Source of the DNA: Candidatus Heimdallarchaeum aukensis
GTDB lineage: Archaea > Asgardarchaeota > Heimdallarchaeia > Heimdallarchaeales > Heimdallarchaeaceae
Assembly (NCBI GenBank): GCA_021513695.1
Contig: CP084166.1
Coordinates: 2,912,001-2,976,000, forward strand
Direction of reading: 5' to 3'
DNA length: 64,000 bases
Shown here: piece after piece, positions 57,306-64,000 of the stretch
How the letters are laid out: every line of letters begins with the position of its first letter
How positions within the stretch are numbered: the first letter of the stretch is position 1
Translations under genes and position numbers: made by a program
The notes under the pieces: generated by a model
The model's input: only the letters and a program-made list of their open reading frames with translations
Told to the model about the DNA's origin: nothing
The model's database searches: none

Positions 57306-58603
57306 ATTTGAGAAATAACAAGTTTGTTCAACTATTAAGTGTAAACCTTAAAGCAATTTATAGACAAAGAATGGTTCTTTTCTTTACGCTTCTCTTTCCC
57401 TTGATATTTATTGGTGTTTTCGGTATATCCTATGGTGGAGATGGGGCAACAACTCGTACTATGGATCTTATAGTAATTAACAATGATTTAGGTATTCCTG
57501 AAAACACTGTAGCTTTTTATGGAAATGAAACTGTTTCAGGGACATTTTACTCTGAAAAGTATTTAGAATTACTAGGCAATCTTGTTTACCCGGATTCAAA
57601 AGACAATAAATCTGTTTTTTTTATTACTGTCATCAATGAAACAGAAAGAGACAATGCACTGTTCAAACTTGAACGAAGAGAAATCGTTGCTCTTCTTACT
57701 TTACCTGAAGATTTTAGTTTAGGTATACTCTTTAGTTTTAGAACACAATTTAGCAACGATAGCTTCTTTTCTTTATTGACTAACAATTGGTCTGGTTACC
57801 CAGAAAGCTCACTTTCGGTAGAAATTACTATACTAGGAGACTCAAGTACAGAAGAGTTTGCTATTGCAGGGCCTATTATAAATGAATTCAGTAAAATGTT
57901 TTTTCAGCTAGGAAATGAACAACAAACTGGAGTGAATGTTAACATAATCGGAAACTACCAAACTAAAGGTTTCAGCACATTTTACTATATTGTTCCTGGT
58001 GTTATAATTTTCGGTGTGTTGCAATCCCTCACTTCTGGAGCAAGCAGAACTATGCGCGATGTAGACTCAAAGAATTTGGAAAGAATTCGTTTAACTCGTG
58101 TAGCTTCTTATACTTATGTAAGCGCGCTTATTGTTAGTCAAGCCTTGTTAGTTGCTATTCAAGTACCAATAATGTTTGTAACAGCAATGCTTTTTGGATT
58201 AGAACTATCGATACATGTATTAAGCGGAATAATTGTAGGAATTATTCTTTCTTTCGCCACTACAGGAATAGCCTTTTTGCTTGCTGGACTTGTACGTAAA
58301 GGTGACGAAGCAGAAGGGTTAGCTAATCTTATAGCTGTTCCAATGGCTTTTCTCTCTGGATCTTTTACCGTTATGCCAAACCCTGAAATTCTTCCTAATG
58401 TTGGCTGGTTAGGAGGAAACTCTTTGCGATTGTTTGATTTCTTGCCTTCTACCCCTGCTGTAAGAATATTACGTTCTTTAATTCTTGGACAAAGAACTTT
58501 AGGTGAGAATTGGTTTGATCTATGTCTATTAACTCTGCTAGCCTTTCTCTACCTTGGACTGGGGTTGGGTGTATATATTCAAAAACACTTGAGAATGAAA
58601 TAG
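57302..58603 (+). CDS. ABC-2 type transporter permease
   Basis: An N-terminal TM helix, a large extracytoplasmic loop and a C-terminal multi-TM bundle. Start overlaps the ATPase gene by 4 bp. Confidence 0.75.
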   Translation: MNLRNNKFVQLLSVNLKAIYRQRMVLFFTLLFPLIFIGVFGISYGGDGATTRTMDLIVINNDLGIPENTVAFYGNETVSGTFYSEKYLELLGNLVYPDSKDNKSVFFITVINETERDNALFKLERREIVALLTLPEDFSLGILFSFRTQFSNDSFFSLLTNNWSGYPESSLSVEITILGDSSTEEFAIAGPIINEFSKMFFQLGNEQQTGVNVNIIGNYQTKGFSTFYYIVPGVIIFGVLQSLTSGASRTMRDVDSKNLERIRLTRVASYTYVSALIVSQALLVAIQVPIMFVTAMLFGLELSIHVLSGIIVGIILSFATTGIAFLLAGLVRKGDEAEGLANLIAVPMAFLSGSFTVMPNPEILPNVGWLGGNSLRLFDFLPSTPAVRILRSLILGQRTLGENWFDLCLLTLLAFLYLGLGLGVYIQKHLRMK

Positions 58604-58628
58604 TTCTTTATCTCTTTTTTGAGAATTT

Positions 58629-58976
58629 TTATCCTTCTTTTTTTTCTTCTAGTATGGTTGTTAATGCTGTGGTCATTAGATTTGCATACTCTTGGATAGA
58701 GTTTACCCCTTTCTCTGTTAAATATAAAATAGTTGTAGGTTTGGCTTTAATGAACGCTTTTTGAACTTCAATTAATCCATTCTCTTCTAGTTTCTTAATG
58801 TGAGAAGAAAGATTACCTGCAGTTAAGTCTAAAACCTTTTGAACTTCAGTGAAAAGAGCTTTTCCTTTAGGTAAAAGAAATATCATAATCGCTAGTCTAA
58901 CAGGTGTGTGAATAATATCATTAACACTAGCGACTTCTTTGAGAACATTCTCCTCCTCAGAACTCTCTTCACGCAT
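58629..58976 (-). CDS. ArsR/SmtB-family winged-helix transcriptional regulator
   Basis: PVRLAIMIFLL...FTEV...TAGNLSSHIKKLEENGLI HTH pattern (115 aa). Confidence 0.65.
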   Translation of the reverse strand: MREESSEEENVLKEVASVNDIIHTPVRLAIMIFLLPKGKALFTEVQKVLDLTAGNLSSHIKKLEENGLIEVQKAFIKAKPTTILYLTEKGVNSIQEYANLMTTALTTILEEKKEG

Positions 58977-59055
58977 TCAATACACACTTAATCATTAATA
59001 TTATTAAACTCTTAATTAGTATTTCTGCTGAGAAATTTGTATAATTAATGCAAAG

Positions 59056-59150
59056 TGTTTAAACTAAACTTAGACATGTCAAATGATGCTCATCTTTTCT
59101 AGGAGAAGTTTTATTAGGCATGTTTAAACTAAACTTAGACATGTCAAATG
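59056..59150. promoter_or_regulatory. two 30-bp perfect direct repeats (TGTTTAAACTAAACTTAGACATGTCAAATG at 59056-59085 and 59121-59150) in the divergent promoter region; candidate operator sites
   Basis: Read directly from the sequence. They sit between the ArsR-like gene start (58976) and the start of the gene at 59242. Confidence 0.5.
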
Positions 59151-59241
59151 GCTTACCATATTCTCTTTTTTTACTCTTAAATAGACTTTGTGAAGCAAAC
59201 TTCCTTCTTAGTTTAAATAAACATAAATCAATTACCATATA

Positions 59242-59898
59242 ATGGCAGAGGATATATCATCTAGCGAAATTAGAGAATTATTAAGTTATATGGAAAAAAT
59301 CAAAAATTTTGAGAAAAAGTATAAACTACAACTTGAATCAGTTCAGAAGATGATATGGGGATGTTTACTCCTTATTGCAGGTATTTTAGATTTCGTTTTT
59401 GCAGCTTATCTATTTAGATATGGTCCTGTTTTTATCCCCTGGATATTTATTGTCCCTGTCAGTGTGCTCTTAATGAATTTTGTTAGTAACCGTCCAATTT
59501 TAACAGAAGAAAAAAAGAAGAAAAAGCCATTCTATAAAGAACCAATCTATATTGGGCTTCTTTTAGTTATAGTTGTAATGATCGCTTTTGGAAATGCTAA
59601 CTTATACTATTTAATTATGCCAAGTATAGCAGTAATTATGGGGGTAGCAATCCTTGTTGATCATAAGTTTGTCTTAACAGGTAAAGAAAGGGCAATTGAA
59701 TATCTCACTCCTGTTCTGACCATAGCAACAGCTCTAGTAAATCTTTTAGGTTATTTCTTTATAAAGGAAATCAGTATTCCTGCCCTGGCTATTGAACCTA
59801 CAAACTTTACTATCTTTCACGGGTTAATCTTTGGCTTTGTTTTTGGTATAATGGAGATAATAGAGGCTATCTTGACGAGAAAAAAAACTTTTGCATGA
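59242..59898 (+). CDS. hypothetical polytopic membrane protein
   Basis: 5-6 predicted TM helices and no motif. Confidence 0.4.
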   Translation: MAEDISSSEIRELLSYMEKIKNFEKKYKLQLESVQKMIWGCLLLIAGILDFVFAAYLFRYGPVFIPWIFIVPVSVLLMNFVSNRPILTEEKKKKKPFYKEPIYIGLLLVIVVMIAFGNANLYYLIMPSIAVIMGVAILVDHKFVLTGKERAIEYLTPVLTIATALVNLLGYFFIKEISIPALAIEPTNFTIFHGLIFGFVFGIMEIIEAILTRKKTFA

Positions 59899-59978
59899 CA
59901 AAAGACTTCCTCAAAATAATACCCTTTATCCCTCTCTTTCTCCTCTCGGACAAATAGTTAAAGCTCATCTTTTCTATC

Positions 59979-60251
59979 TTGGTTTTTATCGTCATAATCA
60001 ACATCCCTAGTGTTTTAGTAGTGTTAAACAAGTTTTGCTCTCCTCAAACTCTCTTTTTCTCTTTCCTTGATCGTTTACCTCTACCATCTTTAATTGTGGG
60101 ATTGATTGCTGGAATTGCAACAGGAGGACTTCTTCTTTTTGAACTGTTCCTGAGTTTTGATATGGATGTTTTAAAAAAAATCAGACTGGCTTTTTCAATA
60201 ATTGCAACAATATTGTCGATTATTCTAACGCTTATCAAGTTTTTAATGTGA
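59979..60251 (+). CDS. hypothetical small membrane protein (2-3 TM)
   Basis: Hydrophobic ORF, possibly co-transcribed with the gene at 59242. Confidence 0.25.
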   Translation: MVFIVIINIPSVLVVLNKFCSPQTLFFSFLDRLPLPSLIVGLIAGIATGGLLLFELFLSFDMDVLKKIRLAFSIIATILSIILTLIKFLM

Positions 60252-60901
60252 TAACTTGATCAAATAGAGTTAAAGTTAGGTGTCATTCTCTTTGGAGGAA
60301 GTTTCGGAATTAGTGGAGTAATAAGTAATTTATTCAAGAACAATTAAAAGTTAAAAGATGTAATAGCTTCTTTTATTCCTTTTTTATACATTCCATTTGC
60401 TTACCTGCAATCAATTTACTTTAATTTCTAAAATAATTGTTTTATTCTTATTGACTAAATAAAGAAGATTTGTATTTAACATGTAATCTTGTTAATTTTA
60501 ATTAACAAGTTTTAATAGAAAGAAAACTCATCATCAACTACTACTTTTTATCAAAATAGTTCTTTATTATAAGTTGTTATCTAATAAGGAGATACATACA
60601 AGAAGGAAGATAATTTTACTCATGAAGAGTCCTTTTAACGAATATGAACGTAAAATGAGCTTAAAAAGAATAAATATCAACTTAATTTCGTATAAGGAAT
60701 ACATAAGTATGTACAAATCCAAGATTATGTTGCAAGAATGAAGCTGATTTACTGTAGTTCTCTTTTTTACTAATAATTATTTTTTGAAAAAGAAAAAATG
60801 GCTGTAATAACAAACAGTGATTGTGTGATGATATTAATTTCTTGTTAATGAAAGAGAAAAATTTATAGAAAATTGTCGATTAATCAACTTTGTGAATTTA
60901 T

Positions 60902-61984
60902 ATGAGAAACAAGGTTAGATTTTTCTTTAGTTTCTTATCAATTATAATCACTATTGTTTGTATATTGACCACTTTAGAATATACAACAGTGGGTAACAGA
61001 TCTCCAACTTCGACACAGATAATAATTATGAGTGATAGTGACTTTGATACATATGGTTTTCCTGGTTCTGGTTCATTGAAAGATCCTTATATCATTGAAG
61101 GTCTTAACATCGTAGGTGATGGTGATATAGGTATATACATCGCTAACACTTATATTTCCTATTATATCATTCGCGACTGTGTGATTCAAGGCTATGATTT
61201 CGGGATAGTGATTGACAGTAGTTATAAAACAGCTAGTATTGAAAACTGTGAGATTAACGTTAACTCGGTAGGAATAACCGTTATACAAAGTGCTAGTTTT
61301 TATGTAATAAATAACACTGTTCAAGCAAATTCTGCTGGTATTACTGTTGATGCTGGATATAATGCAATAGTTAATAACACAATTGTCGATACACCTTATG
61401 GTATTACAGCTTCACTTGTAGCAAAAGAAGGATTGATTTTAAATAATACAATCATCAATGCAGAGTGGGGAATAACAACAGATATTGAAGTAAAGAATAC
61501 TCAGATATGCTGGAATAGTATTATTAACGTATACTTTGCAGGTATAGGTATTAATACAGTGGATGATGTAACTAATTTAACAATACATCATAACACAATA
61601 ATTGCTGGAGAACAATTTGATTATAAAACGTTAGGAAGACAAGAAGGCGTTAATGATCAAGTATTTTGGTATGATAGCGAAACAAACGAAGGTAACTATT
61701 GGTCAGATTGGAGTCAAGTTGGTGAGTATGATATTTTAGATATTCAAGATGAAAAAACAAATAGTGATCTATATCCCCTAACAGAAGCACCAACACCACA
61801 AAATGCATTTCCGAGTCTTCCTATAAATCCTGAAGATAAAGTAGAACCAACTACTCCAAGCCCAACTTCAAATGATAACGGCGAAGAAGATACAAATAGT
61901 TTAACAATTAACATTAGTATTATCCTGATATCTTCAGTAATAATTACACTAATTAGGTCTAGAAAACTAAAAAAACGACATTAA
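60902..61984 (+). CDS. secreted right-handed parallel beta-helix (PbH1/NosD-like) repeat protein with a C-terminal TM anchor
   Basis: A signal/TM N-terminus, repeated G-I-x-V...N-N-T-I turns, a Pro/Thr linker, and a C-terminal TM plus RSRKLKKRH. Confidence 0.6.
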   Translation: MRNKVRFFFSFLSIIITIVCILTTLEYTTVGNRSPTSTQIIIMSDSDFDTYGFPGSGSLKDPYIIEGLNIVGDGDIGIYIANTYISYYIIRDCVIQGYDFGIVIDSSYKTASIENCEINVNSVGITVIQSASFYVINNTVQANSAGITVDAGYNAIVNNTIVDTPYGITASLVAKEGLILNNTIINAEWGITTDIEVKNTQICWNSIINVYFAGIGINTVDDVTNLTIHHNTIIAGEQFDYKTLGRQEGVNDQVFWYDSETNEGNYWSDWSQVGEYDILDIQDEKTNSDLYPLTEAPTPQNAFPSLPINPEDKVEPTTPSPTSNDNGEEDTNSLTINISIILISSVIITLIRSRKLKKRH

Positions 61985-62315
61985 TAAGCAAATTCTAATA
62001 ATTTCTTATTTTTAGTTCATTTTTTCAAAATTTTGTCATATTAATAATTTTTTGTAACAAGTTTTATTTTATTAATTTCAGTTAGCAAACACGCAAACAC
62101 GCAAAAAACGAATAGATTAAATCAAAAATAAAAGAAAAAAGAAATTAAGGCAGTGAAACAGCTAAATTTTTCTTCTAGTCTTTAATTTCATTTTAAGATT
62201 GCTGTTATTAAATAGAAAACGATTGAAAAATAAACAAATTTAGCATCTGAATTGAGCAATAGTAATTTTTACAAAAAGAATATTTAAATATCTACAAATA
62301 ATTTTTTATAATGGA

Positions 62316-62501
62316 ATGAGTGAAATAACTGTGAAATTAAATATTTCAGAAAAGATTCTTCAAAAAGTTGATATTGATTCTATAATTAAAAGAATAGAAA
62401 AAGAGATATTGTTAGAATACAATCTAAATGAACTTCAGGGCTCTATGAAAGATAAAAATCTTGATGTTTTATTAGACGAGGTTGAAGAAGAGTGGAGTTA
62501 A
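62316..62501 (+). CDS. small acidic protein (61 aa), possibly an RHH-like partner of the downstream gene
   Basis: Abuts the next ORF. Very tentative. Confidence 0.2.
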   Translation: MSEITVKLNISEKILQKVDIDSIIKRIEKEILLEYNLNELQGSMKDKNLDVLLDEVEEEWS

Positions 62502-63689
62502 TTGATGACTCGCCTTTTTATTACTGAGAACATTTCAAGAGAAGCAGAGGAAGATCTTGAGCGATTGTTGTTGTCAGTTGATAAACGAGCTGAGTTATTT
62601 AATTACTCTCCTTTTATTCTCAGGATAGTTAATGAACTACTATTAGAACAAGGTTATACTGTAGGTCTAGGTTATAAATCTACACGAACAATTATTGACA
62701 ATTATTGGAAAGGCATTCGTCTTCCTATTCAAAGTGATGTTATTATAAGAATTACAGACAGAGTTAACATAGATTATTTTTGGGGTATAGTTGTCCTTCT
62801 AAGAGATAGAGTTGTTCACAATAAGATGTGGGCTGACCTTTACTCAATAACTAAGTTAAAACCTAAAAATGATCTAATTTTCCGCGGGATTTTTTCTAAT
62901 TTTGAAGAAAATGCTCTTAATTCGGTAGTGGAACAAATAAAATCTATAGTTGATAAGCACTCTTTAAGTTGTAAAATTGAGAACTATACTCTCTACAAAA
63001 GAACTAAGATAGTTGAAGATAAGGTTGTAGACCTTTATTTACCTTCAGATACTTCTTTTTCTTGTAAAATGTGCTCGATATGTGAGCTCCCTAGTAATTA
63101 TTCAATTAATCCTATTCCAAACAAATCTACTCAACATTTTCAAAGTTTATTTACTTGTCAAAGAATAGGTTTTCCATCTAATTTAGCATGCCTTACTCTC
63201 CAAGAAGCAATTGAAATCTCGACAAAAAGACAGGAGAGGCTAGAAAAGTTCTGTAAACCTGTTATGTTTTCAAAAAATGAAGAAGGGGTCATAGTAGATT
63301 ACCAATTAGCTCTTAATCAGAATGACGGATTATGTATCTTTTTTGACAAAGACAAAGGATTATGTAAAATTCATGAGTACAAACCTTTGAATTGCTTTAG
63401 TTATCCTTTTCTTATCACGAAGATCAATGATACGCAAATTTCAATTGAGCTGGATTTTTCTTGTCCTGGATTGTTTAAAGGAAAAACTGACAATTTATCT
63501 TCCTTTTTGGAAGCTATTTATTTTCGACTACTTCAAGGAGATAACTCTAGGATTGAGTTTAATAATGTTTATTCACTAAAATGGGATCTATCATCTTATT
63601 TTGGCGATTACGAAAGAGTGAAAGAAGAAGATATTGAAGAAACTTTAGGTTATTTATATCAAAAATACAACCAATTTATTGAGAAATAA
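62502..63689 (+). CDS. YkgJ/UPF0153-like CxxCxxCC metal-chelating domain protein
   Basis: CKMCSICELP and GLCIFFDKDKGLCKIHEYKPLNCFSYPF match the C..C..CC ... C.IYe.RP..Cr.fP pattern. The start is probably the ATG at 62505. Confidence 0.45.
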   Translation: MMTRLFITENISREAEEDLERLLLSVDKRAELFNYSPFILRIVNELLLEQGYTVGLGYKSTRTIIDNYWKGIRLPIQSDVIIRITDRVNIDYFWGIVVLLRDRVVHNKMWADLYSITKLKPKNDLIFRGIFSNFEENALNSVVEQIKSIVDKHSLSCKIENYTLYKRTKIVEDKVVDLYLPSDTSFSCKMCSICELPSNYSINPIPNKSTQHFQSLFTCQRIGFPSNLACLTLQEAIEISTKRQERLEKFCKPVMFSKNEEGVIVDYQLALNQNDGLCIFFDKDKGLCKIHEYKPLNCFSYPFLITKINDTQISIELDFSCPGLFKGKTDNLSSFLEAIYFRLLQGDNSRIEFNNVYSLKWDLSSYFGDYERVKEEDIEETLGYLYQKYNQFIEK

Positions 63690-64000
63690 TTGTATCTATA
63701 CTTTTTGACTTCAAAGAATATAAGTAGAATGTTAAATGAGAAAAAGCTCTTTATTTTCTTTATTTAGAGTTGTTTAAAAAAAAAGAAAAAAATACTTTAC
63801 CAGAACCACAAATATTGGGAAGGAATGAATATATTTACTAATAATCCTAAGATAAGGGTGAGTCCTGAAAGTCGAATTAAATGAAATGCAAATCCTACAT
63901 ACCATAGAGGCCATATAGGCCAATCTTTTGGAGGTTCCTCTGGTTTAGGCTTTAGGTAGTTTTTTGTTACAAATATGTATCTTGGAATTGACAGAAATGT

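Noticed and set aside
43196-60030. Shared 16-mer TTTTAGTAGTGTTAAA near 43205 and near 60012.
   Set aside because: A single 16-mer match is within chance expectation for a 64-kb AT-rich window scanned on both strands.
60488-60509. Near-perfect 22-bp palindrome CTTGTTAATTTTAATTAACAAG in the long intergenic region upstream of the beta-helix protein gene.
   Set aside because: AT-only palindromes arise easily in AT-rich spacers, so it has weak significance on its own. It could still be a binding site.

Overview
The window is strongly AT-rich (roughly one-third GC by eye, not computed) and densely coding. It comes from a prokaryote, most likely an archaeon, but the taxon cannot be fixed from sequence alone. 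The case for an archaeon rests on a Csa3-type regulator, IorAB, a TET peptidase, heavily N-glycosylatable surface proteins with a C-terminal TM anchor, and Roadblock-like domains.

Main content:
(1) A complete, compact type I-B CRISPR-Cas locus. The operon order is cas6-cas8b-cas7-cas5-cas3-cas4-cas1-cas2 on the minus strand. It is followed by a ~100-bp leader and a 38-repeat array at 43373-45865, with a divergent csa3-like regulator. Two solitary degenerate repeats lie outside the array.
(2) Three very large paralogous surface-protein genes rich in Tyr, Asn and Asp and in N-glycosylation sequons, at 8271-11162, 11495-14338 and 33768-36626. The 3' ~1.4-1.65 kb of the second and third are near-identical and inverted relative to each other. 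They bracket a ~22-kb segment.
(3) That segment carries a molybdoenzyme purine/heterocycle catabolism-like cluster: xdhABC-like genes, an XdhD-like Mo/Fe-S fusion, MocA, a YgeW-like carbamoyltransferase, a YgeY-like M20 peptidase, SsnA-like and hydantoinase-like amidohydrolases, a PreA-like DHODH/Fe-S protein and two fold-type-II PLP enzymes. An integrin-like FG-GAP/TSP3 surface protein is embedded in it.
(4) Other genes: indolepyruvate:ferredoxin oxidoreductase iorAB, a PanE-like reductase, an ABC-2 exporter pair, an ArsR-like regulator with paired 30-bp direct repeats in its promoter, an M42 (TET) aminopeptidase, an MFS transporter preceded by a GC-enriched structured element, and several secreted or membrane proteins that share a C-terminal TM plus Lys-rich tail anchor.

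No rRNA or tRNA genes, transposases or integrases were recognised. Every functional call below rests on motif-level recognition in the supplied translations; no database search was run.
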